Shown: positions 12,573-26,625 of the stretch, piece after piece
How positions within the stretch are numbered: the stretch's first letter is position 1
How the letters are laid out: the number at the start of each line of letters is the position of its first letter
DNA from: Camelus ferus
Taxonomy: Eukaryota
DNA: 64,000 bases
Reading direction: 5' to 3'
NCBI RefSeq assembly: GCF_009834535.1
Contig: NC_045698.1
Location: 4,838,001-4,902,000, forward strand
Notes under the pieces: generated by a model
What the model was told of the DNA's origin: nothing
The model's input: the letters and a program-made list of their open reading frames with translations, nothing else
Database searches by the model: none
Translations under genes and position numbers: made by a program

Positions 12573-13046
12573 ACAGTATCAGCTTCCTGTGGCTGCTGTA
12601 ACAAACTGCTACAAAGATGGTGGCTTAAAATAACAGAAATTTATTCTCTCACAGGTGTGGAGAAGAAGTCTGAAATTGACATCATGGACCAAAGTCAGGG
12701 TCTCAGCAGGACTGCTCTCCCTCCAGAGGCTCCAGGCTAGACCCAGCTCTTGGCTTCTTCCGGCCTCTGGCGGCTGCCAGTGCTCCTCGGCTTGTGGCCA
12801 CATCACTCCAGTCTCTGTTTCTGTGGTCATGCTGCCTCGTCCTCTTCCATCTGGGAAGTTCCGTCTGCCTCCCTCATATTAGGATGTGGGTGATTGCATC
12901 GGGTCTACATGGAGAATCCTGGATGATCTCTTTATCCTGAGATCCTCAGTGGACATCTGCAAAGTCCTTTATTGCCACATAAGGTAACATTCACAATCCA
13001 AAGACCCCGATGTTTATAGCTCTGGGGACATCTTCCTGCCTAGCAC
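12573..13046 (-). mobile_element. MLT1 (MaLR) solo LTR, near full length
   Basis: agtatcagcttcctgtggctgctgtaacaaa...ggcttaaaataacagaaatttattctctcacag...ggcttgtggccacatcactccagtctctg...ataaggtaacattcaca...ctgcctagcaca. Confidence 0.85.
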
Positions 13047-14175
13047 AGTGGCCTCTAGTTCCACTTCTTATGAGCACCCGTGAACCCCTCACCTGCAGCC
13101 CCTGCTGTCTGCCCGGACCCCCTCTCTCAATGACCCAGTTGTGTTTCTGGATGATCCTCTTCTGTATATTTCCCTCCATTCCATGGGTCAGAGTTCAAGA
13201 AAACTTCCAAAGAGCTCGATACAACGCGATTCCAGACATTCAGCCTTTACGTGAAGCTTTCCATAGCAGCTTCTTGTGCTCTGCTCACTTTTCTTTCTTT
13301 GTATTTGCACAAAACCTACAACTGCTTCTTCCTTTGTGGATGTCTGATGACCTCCTTCTGGGTCCATGCCCATTCTGGTGGCCCACCTGGGCACAGCCGT
13401 GTCCTCGTGAACTCTGGCTGACTCAGCGTGTGCCTGAGCGTGTGACGGGCGGGCACACCATAGTGTCCAGGAGGATGCGACTCCACCAGCAACACACTTG
13501 CTCAGTCACTCTCGTTCCCACCATTAATTTCTAGCGAATTGGTGATATGAAAGGAAATGGATCCTTAAATTGTGAAAACCGTAGGGAAAAAAAATCAATA
13601 GGCACTTTTATTGCCTCTTGGTTTCTGAGCTAAAATAATACATTCTTTTATTGCCCTTAGCTGGGTTAACTTCCCCACAAAATCCTATTTTTTAAAAGAG
13701 TTGGTCTCCTAGCAGTGTCAACACTGTTGCCTGTAAAATCCTTCATATTTAGTGTGTATACATTTGTGAAACTATTGCTACAGTATTTCTGCCTCGATGT
13801 TCCTTCTACAACCTGCAAGGAATGCTAAACTGCTAAAAATCTGCCTTCTGTCTTGTGTCATTTACAACCATTTGCAAATGAGAATATGAGTTTTACTCAG
13901 AATGATGGTCTCAGTTTTGCAAATGTTTTTTGCTATTTAAGGGAAAGGACTCCAGGCTGAGGTCCAGCAGCACCGGTCCCAAGTCAGAGGGAATGACTCC
14001 CCTCTGTTTCCTGCCTCAGGTTTTCATGACTTGCTGCCCACATGTGCCCTTTCTTGCTCAATTCCTGCTGCTTCTGGGACCCTCCACTCTCACCCTCCTG
14101 TCAGGGACAATTCTGGAAAAGGTGCTCCAGAAGGTGCACCCTTCAGTGTTGGTGGCATTGAAACTGGGCATCTCT

Positions 14176-14480
14176 TTCAAATGAATTTATTTACAAAACA
14201 GAAATAGACTCACCGACATAGAAAACAAACTTATGATTACCAAAGGGGAAAGAGGAGGAAGGGATAAATTAGGAATTTGGGATTAACAGATACACAGTAC
14301 TCTGTATAAAATAGATAAACAACAAGGACCTACTGTACAGCACAGGGAACTATATTCAGTATCTTCTAATAACTTCTAATGGAAAAGAATCTGAAAAAGA
14401 ATATATATAATCACCAAATCACTTTGCTGTACACCTGAAACACTGTAAATCAACTACGCTTCAATTAAAAAAAAAACAAA
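14176..14480 (+). mobile_element. L1 3' end with polyA and TSD
   Basis: L1 3'UTR (aaaacagaaatagactcac...acagcacagggaactatattcag). TSD aaactgggcatctct (14161-14175) / aacctgggcatctct (14479-14493). Confidence 0.9.
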
Positions 14481-15382
14481 CCTGGGCATCTCTGAGGAAA
14501 GGGCTGCCTTAATGTGCACCTGGAGGTGGTTATGAAACATTCTTCCAGGACAGTCAGCAAGAAAACCCATGCGTCACAACGCGGCCAGTGAGTGTGGGGG
14601 CTCCTTCCAGAGAAGCCTGGAATCACCTGCTCTGAGGCTCGTGGGCAGAACCCCGAGAGAGGCCCGTGAAGTTATTGCTTTGGGAAATAAACCTCATCTC
14701 TGGGGAAATGCCAACTGCACCAGAATGGAAAGTAAGGGAAAGGATAGTAGTTAACAGAAACAAGTAAATGGATTCCCAGTGCAATGCCATGACCCCACAT
14801 GCGGACAGCGTCATCTCTTGCCAAAGAAGCTCTGCTTGGGCAGGCGCGCTGCGCAGAGTTCTGGGTGGCGCTAATACATGGCTCCAGAAATTAGGTGTGG
14901 CTTCAGTGATTTGCTCGATTCTCTCAAAAACTGACTGACACATTTAAATTTCACTGGGTCCACAATTTGGTCTGTAAATTCTACATAGTTTTTCAGTCTT
15001 CATTAAATACATTCATTATCTGATTATTTCAACAATGAAGGAATTAAGGCATTTTGAAAAACAACATTTATCTTTAAGCAGTGTAGATTTTTCAAATATT
15101 GTCAAGAAAAAAAAGCTGACAGATAAAAATCCAGTTTATCATTAATGGTTCACTGCAGAGTAAGGCAGAGTATTAGAGAGAAAGACAGAAATCACAGTGT
15201 CAATACAAATAAATCAATTTTCCATCTGGACTTTGACATTTTAAAAAATACAGAAGTAGAGTTAAAACCAAGTGGGGTTTTGGTATGCTATACAGATGTA
15301 TTGGGATGCTTGTAAATATTTTGGGATAACTTCTTCTAATTATAAAAATATCACATTCACTGTAGAAAAAGAGAAAAATTCA

Positions 15383-15497
15383 CCTGCACCCCAGTGTTCA
15401 TCATGGCATTGTGTACAATTGCCAAGGTATGGAAACAACCTTAGTTCCCATCAGGATGAATGGATAAAAAAGATGTATATATATATGTGTGTATATG

Positions 15498-15539
<42 letters not shown>

Positions 15540-15942
15540 GGAATACTACTCAGCCATAAAAAGGAATAAAACAATGCCATTTGAAGCCACATGGATGGAC
15601 CTTGAAGGTATTATGCTTGGTGAAATAAATCAAAGGGAGAAAGACAAACATTGTATGATTTCAGTCATCTGTGGAATAAGAAAGAAAGAAACAAATGAAA
15701 AATAAATGAACAAACCAACCAAAGAAAAACAAACGCTTAGATACAGAGAACAGAGCAGTGGTAACGGAAGGGGAAGGAGCAGGAGAAGGCGAAATGGGTA
15801 AAAGGGGGTCAACCATACGGTGATGGATAGAAACGGGATGTTTTGGTGGTGAGTACACTGTTGTGTATACAGAACTAGAAATATAATGTTGTACACATGA
15901 AACATGAAGTGTTATAAACCAATGTTACCTCAATAAAAAAAA
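15383..15942 (+). mobile_element. L1 3' end (older subfamily) with polyA and TSD
   Basis: ORF2 end [30 protein letters not shown] followed by 3'UTR. TSD aaaaagagaaaaattca (15366-15382) / aaaaagtgaaaaattca (15938-15954). Contains a (TA)n(CA)n tract. Confidence 0.9.
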
Positions 15943-18900
15943 GTGAAAAATTCAGAGGAATAATAAGAAAAAAAATCCAAATCACTCATAATTCTGCCAC
16001 TCAGGGCCAACCACAATGTGTATGTAGATTTTTTTTTAATCCTTTGGACCTGTGTTTAGAGTTCAGAGTTCTGTTTTATTTCTTCTTTGACACAGAACAC
16101 ATTTCCCATGATCTGGGAAACTTGACACAGTTGCCTGGTCTGTGCACAGACATGACTGATGGCCCCGATGGCCCCGCCGTTCCCCTGTGGCCGTCAGGGA
16201 CGTGCTGATTTTCTTAGCTATGATCTGTAACACTCAATGAGCATTCTGAGACACATATCTTTTCGCCAACTTTCCTAATCATTCTCTGAGGATGATTTAA
16301 TATAAATTTAAAAGGACTCTGAAACTCTCAACTTAATTATAGAATCCAGCAGAGTTGTGGGCTGATTTACCGCCAGCTGTGTGGGAAAGGGATGAAGTGC
16401 CAGTGAGCCTCATTTGCAGCTCAACAGAGAAAACTCACGAGAACCTGATCCTTTCAGATAAAAGAATGCCAACTAATGTGTTATTGGGACATATTTTTAA
16501 GGAAGACAAACAGGACTGCAGGCTTTGGGGTTCAGGGTTATAGGTCGCATTTCACAGGATGTAGTGACAATTTCTGAAGTTTTTGTGTCCGTGTTTCACA
16601 AAACACTCTTGAGGGCAGTTTTCACAGTAGAAATAACCAGGGTTACATCTTTTAGCACAAGCCTTCGTGCTGGACAAGAGAACAAAAACTGAGAATTTGC
16701 TCAGTGGTCTTGATTTTCCTACTTTATAAAACCCCAAACTTGTGTTCATATAATTGGAAAGCAGTGTTGGCTGTTCTCTCGCTAGAGGAAAAAGGAACAT
16801 TTTTGCCCTCTTCTTCTGCTGAGATCTGTTTCTCCAGCAGCGAGGGAGGCACTTGATTTTCCAGGACGTGCGCTGGCATTCCATTATTTCTCCCCAGGAG
16901 AGGGGGAAAAGAGCCCCAAGGCAATAAAACTCACAATATGTAAAGAAAAAGAGAAAAAGAACTGTAGCTATAATGTCTTCTTGAAAGTAAAATTTTAGGA
17001 TCAAAGGCTATGAAATCTGTTTAAAGACTTCTTGCCTCAAAAGACCAAATTACTTTGTAGAACCATTACGTCAACTTGCATTTCCACTAGCAGTGAGCGT
17101 GTGAGCTCCCGTTGCATCGCATTATGCTTTTTTTTTTAAGTCTTGTACTTATTTCTAGCAAAATAATGCTGCATATTTCTGGAAATATTCTATCAGGGCT
17201 GATGGAGAGAAGCAGAGAACCACATTTTAGTTGAAATGGGAAGTTCTATTTACCTTTGAAAGACCTTGGGTAGTGACTTCTCTCTGCAGCTTTCCCTCCC
17301 TGATTAGTTTCGGTCCAGGTCATTTTGAAGGTTGGTCTCCATTAAGCAAAAGCAGAGTGAAGGTTAGTAGAGTGACTGCAGGGGAAAAAAAAATCCAATT
17401 CAATAAGTTTGTACTATGAATTAGCCAGGAAAAAGCCCCAGGGGCAGTGCTCTTACATTTACTGCTGTTGATAGTGGGAGCTCGGCAGACCTTTCTGGCG
17501 CTGCCGCCACCAGGGCCACTGTCACCGAGCGTATATTGCCATATGCGGTGCATCGCTCACATCTGGAATAATCATAGATGTCAGGCTGATGAATTTGCTC
17601 TTCCTTGGTGATTCTGCCACTTTCTATGATTCCACCATCCCCGGACAACATGTGATGGGACAGCCATCAAGCCATCGAGCTGCTACTGACAGGCTCAGCC
17701 GTCCTGCTGAGACTCATATTTGACAGTGTCAGAGTGAGACGTGCAAAAGCAAATGAGGCTCCCAGAAGGCGTGATCAACCTTCAGCTCTCTGGCCTCTGG
17801 GATCCATTTTACTGCTAATAAAAGTCAACAGAAGAAATACATGCTTTGAAGGAGAGTCAAGCACTTCATTTAAATAGATTTAAATGCAAAATAACAGCAT
17901 AATTCAGGAGATGCCACCTTCTCCTGCTCTGTCACCCATTTGCCGTGGCTGTTCTGTCTTCAAGGAGACATCACAGAATCTGCACCAAAACCCAATCTTT
18001 GTCAAAAGAGAGCATCTTTGCAGGAAATGTGCTGCATTGTAAATGTTACACAATTGTCAGCTTGTGTTAGATGATTCTTCCCAAATCTATAAGAAAAAAA
18101 ATACTACAATAATAGAAAAAAACCCCACCTTTTTTCAAAAAGGGTATTTACATATTAACTAGTGCTGCCATGTGATGGTTATTTATGTGAGCTAATTTTA
18201 AGGACTGAGTATTGTCGTGACTAAATTTTAGTGCTTTGGCTTTAAGACACAAACCCACTGAACAGTAAAACAGGTAGTTGAAAGTTGTGATGATAATGCC
18301 AAGTATGAGTCTGGCTTCCACTGATGTCTCTAAAGCCAAAGGTAACTAGAAAGAAAACAAAACATAAGATTGTATTATTATTATCATTGGTGCTAGTGAC
18401 ACTTTGCGGTAACCAAAAGGCTTGGAATGGAACAAAAACAGAAAAGGTTTGGGCGCCATGGGGATGAAAACTGTTTTGCTCGCAAAACATTTCTGTCCAG
18501 AGTACTGCAGGGGACCAGTGGGTACTCAGTAAGAATTTACTGGTTAAATGGATGGAGTGAATGAGTGAATGAATGAATGGTGCCTGGTAGGTATGGGAAG
18601 AGCAAAGGACCATGGAAAGTATTTTCTCCACAATCCACACTTAAAGGATGACAGTCAAGAACTACACGATCCACCAGAGATTGGCTCTATGCAGGGCCAT
18701 GGGTTGGATGTTGTAATTAATCTTGAAAATCCATTGGCCCACCTGAAACCTAAATGAACCTAAGAACTTGAGGCCAGTGAGGGCACCTTTCAGAGCCACA
18801 CTCTCCTCTTCTCCAGGCTGTTCTTCCAATGAATAAAGTTCCCTTCTGAAACATGGCAGAAAGGAAACGCAGAAATGTGAATGTCCCAATGCGTTCACTT

Positions 18901-20544
18901 TCTTCAAGACTATGCTATTAATATGCTTCAAAAATTAATGTGCGTATTTCTAAAGGCTTCTGAACGTTTTCCCTTTGGATTTTCTGTTTCGTCATTGTCA
19001 GAAAAGTATCACTGAACTTCCGTGACTATCCAATTGGAACTGATTTAATCTAACACATTTTCCGCCTGAAAAAAGCTCAATAATGCCTCTGGGTTGCATA
19101 TCTCCCACTCAGGTGCACACTGTTCATGCAGATTTCTGGGGTCAATTTGACAATCTTCCAAGCACATATATTCTCTATGACTGACAGCTCAAATAATTAT
19201 CTCCAGAGTTCTGAGTTTTACAGCTGATAGTAGGGTTGTCAGAACTTCACCTGGAGTGCCCTTGGCCTATTTCTTTAAAATTATGGTGTAGATTTAACTT
19301 ACAGTGCTTCAAGAAATAACCCTGCGTACATTTTAATCCTCAGAAAATGTTCACATCCAATTGGAATACCCTGTAATCAATGTGGAACTTGAAATACCAG
19401 AATGTGCAATTCTGAAATAAATAAAAACCAACATAACTGTACTCTCTGTAGTATGCAAACTAGCCTTGACAATGGACAATTTAGTAGGCTCCACGGAATC
19501 CTCAAATGAGGCTAGGTTTACAAGGTTTGACTCTATTTTTAAACCAAAAAGGAAAATGAGGTTTTAAAGAGAACAAATCTCCCATAAGCATTGACAGTAA
19601 CTTTCCACATCTAGCCGTTCCAGGTGCACGGCTGAGTCCCTGCCGCCTTAGGGCAGAAAAAAGTCCTAACAGTAAAGGAGGAAAGGTTCCAACCTGCCCT
19701 TGTTTCTGAGTTTGCAAGTTGCAGGGGTCCATCTCCCTGGTTGTCCACGGTTCTCATTTCCGTGACTGAGGAAGCAGACAGTCTCCCTGGAGAAAAGCTG
19801 AGGCTGGTTGAAGTCTCCCTCAAAGGGCTTCTGAAAGCTTCACTGGAAAATTTAAAGCAGAGGATGAAGGAAACACTTCCCTTCAGCTTTGAAACATGAA
19901 GGAGTGCTGAGTTGCAGCACAAAACATTTCGGGTTTTGGAACTGATAAGAAAAAGTTTCATGCCTCATTCAAAACTCAAGAAGTGGGAAAATGAGGAAAC
20001 ACGTTAGTCGTGCTGGGGAGCACTGCGATGACACAACACAGAGAAGGGCTGAGCTGGCCCTGGCAGGGCACCGCTCCGCTACTGCAAATGCCAGGTGTGC
20101 TGGGGAGTGATCGTAGAACTTCTAGGGTGTTTGCCACATGTAGGAAAGTTGATCCACAGTCATTTATAAGATACATACAACTTCCCTCTAGCTGACATCC
20201 TTAATGAATCTTTGCCAAGACTTCCGTGTGGTGCAGGTGGACATAGACATGGAAGGGCATTTGCGATGGCTGGAGGAGAGGTGTAGCGCCCTCTATTTTA
20301 AGACTCTAGAGTCACACTGGAGCCCAGTGATGGACAGGCCATCTTTGAGATTCTACAGGACCCCAAAAAAGGGGTCAGGACACAAGGCCTGGGTGATAGG
20401 TTTTTTGGGGTTTTTTTGCAAAAACTCTTATATTAAAATGACACATCTATGAGTTGAATATGTAGCATAGAATTTTCTCAAACTCTAAGAATTTACTGTA
20501 GTTGAATGAAGAGTGGAGAGTGTCAATGACAATAAATGGAGCCT

Positions 20545-20706
20545 GAGGTATAGACAGATAGATTATAGGTAGATAAGTAGATGATGGATGGATGAATGAC
20601 TAGGTATTGAGGTAAATGATAGGTAGATAGAGCCATAGGTAGAGATATAAATATGAATACAGTTACCCTATTGGTTCTCTTCCTCTGGAGAACGCTGACT
20701 GATACA
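20545..20706 (+). mobile_element. MLT2 LTR 3' tip preceded by degenerate (TAGA/TGGA)n
   Basis: ccctattggttctcttcctctggagaacgctgactgataca matches the MLT2 3' terminus. Confidence 0.65.
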
Positions 20707-20739
20707 AGAAGTTTATCACAGAGATGAACACTCAAACCA

Positions 20740-20955
20740 GATGGGCTGTATCTGAATCCCCCTCCACCACAGAGCTGCAGAAGACGTAAGAGAGCTGTTT
20801 AACCTCTTTCTCCATCAGTTTCATCATCTGTTCAACGGAGGTAATATTGGCATCTACATGGTAATTTTTTGGGGAGGATTAAGTTAGTTCAAATATTTAA
20901 TATGTTTAGAATAATTGTGGGTCCATTGTAAACATTTAATATCTGTTAGCTATCT
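20740..20955 (+). mobile_element. MIR SINE
   Basis: gggctgtatctgaatcccc...tttaacctctttctccatcagtttcatcatctgt...ggaggattaagttagtt...ctgttagctat. Confidence 0.75.
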
Positions 20956-21890
20956 ATATGAGTGTTGATAAATGCTACTGCTTATTAATAATTGTGTAAG
21001 GCATATACGACATGGAATATTCTGTGAAGTAAGACAAGCAGCCCACTTCAGGAATTCTCAGCAGACTGAAGTGCCCTCTAAGACTGGCAGTTTGCATAAG
21101 AGTTACTTTAAGGTGCTGTTCCGCGTGTTTTTTTAATCTGCTATGAGTAATTTTAGGTGCAGTTGTGTGATCATGGAGTAGGTTTTGAGATGGGCCCCAA
21201 AGCCACATCACATTTTGGAAAGGAGTTGGCCATGATTTTAAAAGTTGTTATGTCGAATCCTTCCCCCACATCCAAATGCTCCTTGCTCTCCTACCCATCA
21301 CTGGTCGCTTCCATTGAACTGGAAGGTGCCTTTGTCGGTTTACATCAAAGGCACACACAGGTCTTGGCATACATGCCCTCCTCTATATTCTCTTTCATTC
21401 CAGGATGTCAGAAACACTTTAGAGTGAGATTTCCTTTTTTTTTGTTTTACTTTATAAAAATTATACATGATTATTATAGAAAATTTATGGAAATTTAATA
21501 AATGCAGAAAATTTGAAGGGAGAAATAGTAAAGAAAGTCAGACTTTTTCTGTATGTACTTTTAAACATAAATGCATGGTATTTCCAGGCTATCATCGTAT
21601 CAGTTTTTCTGAATATGAATAATATATGCCACTGTAGAAAATTAGGAAAGTGTAGAAAAATATACCAGAAATCACTTGGAAGTTCATAACAGTAGAAAAC
21701 CCAGTGGTAAGTGGTATTGAACTTTAGTTTTTCCCATGCAGTTAACAATTTTAGACATTGTAATCAATAAACTGACTGTAAGGAAGAGTCACACACAGTG
21801 AAGCACAGATTGCTGATGAAAGGAGCCATGAAGGAGAGGTTTGTGTCAGACGGTAAGTCCTTCCAGTCTCTATAAAACCACACTTATTCA

Positions 21891-23771
21891 TGCATCAAAA
21901 AAAAAAAAAAAAAGATAAAATACTTAGGAATAAACCTGACAAAGGAGATGAAAGACTTACATGCTGAGAACAATAAAACATTGATAAAAGCTATTAGAGA
22001 TGATTTAAAGAAATGGAAAGCTATCCCATGCTCTTGGATTAGAAGAATTAATCTTGTTAAAATGGCCATACTACCCAAAGCAATCTACAGATTTAATGCA
22101 ATCCCTATCAAATTACCCAGGACGTTTTTCACAGAACTAGAATAAATTATCCTAAAATTTGCGTGGAAGCACAAAAGACCCAGAATTGCCAAAGCAATAC
22201 TGAGGAAAAAAAAAAAAAAAAGAATGAAGCTGGAGGCATAACCCTCCCAGACTTCAGACAATACAACAGAGCTACAGTAATCAAAACAGCATGGAGCCAG
22301 CACAAAAACAGACATATGGACCAACGGAACAGAACAGAGAGCCCAGAAGTAAACCCACAGATTTATGGTCAATTAATCTTTGACAAAGGAGGCAAGAATA
22401 TACAATGGAGTAAGACAGTCCCTTCAGCAAGTGGTGTTAGGAGGCCTGGACAGCAGCAGGTACATGAATGAAGCTAGGACACTCCCTCACTCCACACGCA
22501 CAAATAAACTCAAAATGGCTTAAAGACCTAAATATAAGACAAGACACTATAAACCTCTTAGAAGAAGACAGGCAAAACATTCTCTGACATAAATCTTAAC
22601 AATGTTCTCATAGGGCAGTCTTCTCTAGCAATAGAAATAAAAGCAAAAATAAGCAAATGGGACCTCATTAAACTTACAAGCTTTTGCAGAGCAAAAGAGA
22701 GCATAAGCAAAACAAAATGACAACCTATGGAGTGGGAGGAAATATCTGCAAATAATGCGACTGACAAGGGTTAAACCTCCAGAATATACAAACAGCTCAC
22801 ACAGCTCAATAACAAAAAGCCAAACAATCCAATAAAAATGGGCAGAAGACCTAAATAAACATTTCTCCAATGAAGACATACAAATGACCAACAGGTGCGT
22901 GAAAAGATTCTCAGTGTTGCTAATTATCAGAGAAATGCAAATCAAAACTACAATGAGGTATCACCTCATGTCAGTCAGAATGGCCATCGTTTAAAAGTCC
23001 ACAAATGATAAATGCTAGAAAGGGTGTGAAAAAAGGGAACCCTCCTATACTGTAGATGAGAATTCAATTTGGTGCAGCCAATATGGAAAACAGGATGAAG
23101 AGTCCTTTAAAAAAAAAAACAAAACTAGAGTTACCATACGACCCAGCAACCCCATCCCTGGGCACACACCCAGAGAAAACTCTAATTCCAAAGGACACAT
23201 GCACCTCAATGTTCATAGCAGCACCGTTTACAATAGCCAAGATACGGAAGCAGCCTAAAAGTCCATCCACGGGTGACTGGATAAAGAACTTGTGGTAAAA
23301 CATATATAATGGAAAACTACTCAGATATAGAAAAGAATGAAGTAATGCCATTGGCAGCAACATGGATGGACCTAAAGATTATCATACTAAGTGAAGTAAG
23401 TCAGACAGAAACACAAATATTATTTGGTATCGCTTATAAGTGGAATCTAAAAAAATGATACAAATGAACTTATTTACAAAACAGAAACAGACTCACAAAC
23501 ATAGAAAACAAATGTATGGCTACCACGGGGAAAACGTGGGGGTAAATTAGGAGTTTGAGATTAGCAGACAGAAACTACCATATTCGGGACAGATAAAGAA
23601 CAAGGTCCTACTGTAGAGCACAGGGAACTATATTCAATATCTTATAATAACCTGTAATGAAAAAGAATATACTTACACACATACATACACACATAAATGT
23701 GTAACTGAATCACTATACTGGACATCAGAAACTAACACAACATTGTAAGTTAACCTATATTCCATTAAAAA
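21891..23771 (+). mobile_element. 5'-truncated L1 (ORF2 3' part plus 3'UTR), disrupted, with TSD
   Basis: ORF2 peptides [61 protein letters not shown] and LPYDPATPSLG lie in shifted frames. TSD aaaaccacacttattca (21874-21890) / aaaaacatacttattca (23767-23783). Confidence 0.95.
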
Positions 23772-24112
23772 CATACTTATTCAACCTAGTAAAATATTTT
23801 CAAATTGCGTCTGTGCTCCTGGTTTCTGTTGTAACTGTTCTGGTGTCTTCTATCAGAACAATTTATAATTCTCAAAACAATTTGGAATTCTCAACTTGGA
23901 TAAGCCTTCTGCGTCTTCCGTCTCTGCCACTTGTTCCATCGTTACATAGATTTCCTTTTCCCATTCCTAGTCGCATAGGCTACGACCCCTCTCTCATTGA
24001 CTGAACATCCTGCAGCAAACTTCTCTTCGTGCTGCCTCCCCTGTCCATCCTCAGTGCGCCTGGGTTTCAACCTACCTGCAGCCCTTGCTTTGTCAGCCCT
24101 CTGGCTGCCTCT

Positions 24113-24129
24113 GTGTGTGTATGTATGTG

Positions 24130-24160
<31 letters not shown>

Positions 24161-24200
24161 TTGTTGAAGTATAGTCAGTTTACAGTGTTGTGTGAATGTC
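24113..24200 (-). repeat. (TG)n microsatellite abutting an L1 3' tip
   Basis: TG tract followed by ttgttgaagtatagtcagtttacagtgttgtg, an antisense L1 terminus of the camelid-like variant. Confidence 0.75.
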
Positions 24201-24999
24201 CACCGACAGATGTCCAGCCGCCTTTTCATCTCAGCCAATTTGCTCCTAAAACCTTTCTGCTCCTTTTGACAGAGGACAGATCAGTTTGGATATTAGTGAG
24301 TGCACCCCTCACATGTCTAAGTCATCCACTCTTCATGGTGTTAGTTTTTTTCAGAGACATGCTCTTTTTCTAAATTTTCATAATGATGTTCCTATTTCAT
24401 TTCTTTCTCGCAGTGTTTATTTTTATATGTTCTATTTTTTTGCAGTCTTTCTTTTCCAAAAGTCCTATTTTGGGGCAGTATTTTTTTTCCATAAGTTCTA
24501 TTTTCCCCCTGATTACTGTCCAACTCTCTTACACTCCAAAGACTAAGCAGATAAAGTCCATTATAGTCTTTAGCATCCCTTGCCACCAGGATTCTTTCTG
24601 CTCTTGTGCCCGTCTGTACTGCGGGGACTAAGTTCCTAAGACGCAATGTGCTGCCTCCTGTCTCCTTTGCTCCACTGTCTGCCACGCTGTTCCTGGAGTG
24701 TGGTGGTGGAAATCAAAAGCTCAGCTGCTTCTAGAACTAAAAGCCAAGAAGGAGAGAGACAACTAAATATTTTTCTGACCTGTAAAGATCTTGTGCTTCT
24801 GAACTTCAGAGCACAGGGGGCCCAAAGCTATAGGATTAAAAATGATAAATTCACATTTTAAAACTCAGCTAAAGTTTATTTAACAAAAAGAACGCGTGTT
24901 AGTAGACATGTCCTTAAATTACTGAGAAACTCGACACAAAAACTTGATAGCAAAGTGCTCTCAGCTGGTTATTGTTTTTGTTTTATAGATCGGTGTGTT

Positions 25000-25392
25000 T
25001 AGGGCTGCGTTCCTTTCTGAGCACTTTCTCTAGGCGAGAATCTGTGGGCCTTTTCCAGCGTATAAAGGCCACCTGCATTCTCTGGCTTTTTGGCTCCTTC
25101 CTCCATCCTCTCAGCCAGAAACGGCAGGTCAAGGCCACGTTATGTTGCATCTCTCTGACCTCTCTTCAGCCAGTACGTCTCTCTCTAACCTCAACGGGGG
25201 AAGAGGCTCCACTTTGGAAGACTCATGCAGTCATCCGGGATCCCCCCATGTAATCAGGGACAGTCCTTCCTCTCAAGGTCCCCAATCTTAACCACATCTA
25301 TAGAGTCCTCTTTGCCAGGTAAGGTAACATACTCACAGGCTTGGGGATGAGAGCATTAACGTTTCTGAGGCCCACTGTTCTGCCTGTCACCA
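25000..25392 (-). mobile_element. MLT1 (MaLR) LTR, partial
   Basis: agggctgcgttcctttctg...ctctaggcgagaatctg...ttaaccacatctatagagtcctctttgccaggtaaggtaacatactcacagg...ttctgcctgtcacca. Confidence 0.8.
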
Positions 25393-25614
25393 AGAGCAGA
25401 GCTGGAAAGCATTTACCAATGTAAGAACAACAGCAAAGTCGAAGCATAAAGGACTTCCCGGAGGATTTGTAATTATTCTGTGTCTTATCGCAAAGGAGAG
25501 TCATCTGTGTGCAGGAAGCTCTCCTACAGGGGTTGTTACGTAACTTCTAACCTTCATTTGCTGATGTTTGCTTACTAGGTTGTTGTTGGAAATTTCATTT
25601 TTTCCATAAAAAAT

Positions 25615-26020
25615 TTAACTGTTTTATTGAAGTATGATTGATGTATAAAAAGTTGTACATATTTAATGTTCACAGTTTGATGAGTTTGGGGATGAGTACT
25701 CACCCGTGAAACCGCGCCTCTCAAGGCCATAAACGATCCGTCACCTCCCAAAGTTTCCACCGCCTGCATTATTATTATCATTTGTGTGTGTGTGTGTGTG
25801 TGCATGCGTGTGCGTGTGCGTGTGGTAAGAAAACTTAACACAAGATCTACCTTCCTAGACCATTTACAGACACAGCGCAGCACTGTTAGCTGTGAGCCCT
25901 GCACTGCAGACTAGCCTTCTAGTCTGGAGTGATCTTGGGTAACTAGCCTCATCCCGCGACCAGCATTTCCCCATTTCTCCCTCTCTTCAGTCTCTGGCCA
26001 CCACCTTTCTACTCTTCGCT
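25615..26020 (-). mobile_element. Old L1 (L1MA/MB-like) 3' end
   Basis: ttttattgaagtatgattgatgtataaaaagttgtacatatttaatgt...tgatgagtttgggg...cacccgtgaaacc...ctctggccaccacctttctactct. Confidence 0.75.
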
Positions 26021-26234
26021 TTACTAACCTTATATTTTATGAATTTGTATTCAGTATTTTTGTGCACTAATATGTACCCGATATATATATATATATGCAT
26101 ATGTATATACATAGTATGTCTTTCTACTCTTCGCTTTACTAACCTTATATTTTATGAATTTGTATTCAGTATTTTTGTGCACTAATATGTACCTGATATA
26201 TATATATATATGCATATGTATATACATAGTATGT
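26005..26234. repeat. 115-bp direct tandem duplication (2 copies, 1 mismatch)
   Basis: Copy 1 is 26005-26119 and copy 2 is 26120-26234. They are identical except cccg/cctg, and carry the same (AT)8 tract. Confidence 0.95.
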
Positions 26235-26625
26235 AAATATTACCATCTATCACATATTTTATGAAAAATGAGTACATAATACAAGGGAAAAAGCAGGTAA
26301 CAAACCCGCATCTGTAGTATATCCCCCTGTAAAATATAGAAATGTGCAAATATTCACAGAGCAAATTTAGAAATACATTTTCCCAAACCTCTGACAGTGG
26401 TAGTCTCTGAAAGGGGAGTTACAGGTGATTTTGTTTCCTCCTTTCCTTAATCTCCAATTATATTTGTGACTTTGTGGGAGAATACTGTCACAATAGTCAC
26501 CCTCAATGAGGTCCCAACAAACTTAAGGATGGTGTAGGTCATAAAAAACATCCTAGAGGTAATTAAGGAGCACCTTGTCCTGTGAAACAACAATAGAAAC
26601 TTAAAACATTTCAACTTGTTGTATA

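Noticed and set aside
13010..13534. Longest ORF in the window (174 aa)
   Set aside because: It starts inside an MLT1 LTR and has no recognisable domain or coding-like composition.
21948..23363. ORFs with retroelement-like peptides as host genes
   Set aside because: They are frameshifted L1 ORF2 fragments and their antisense shadows.
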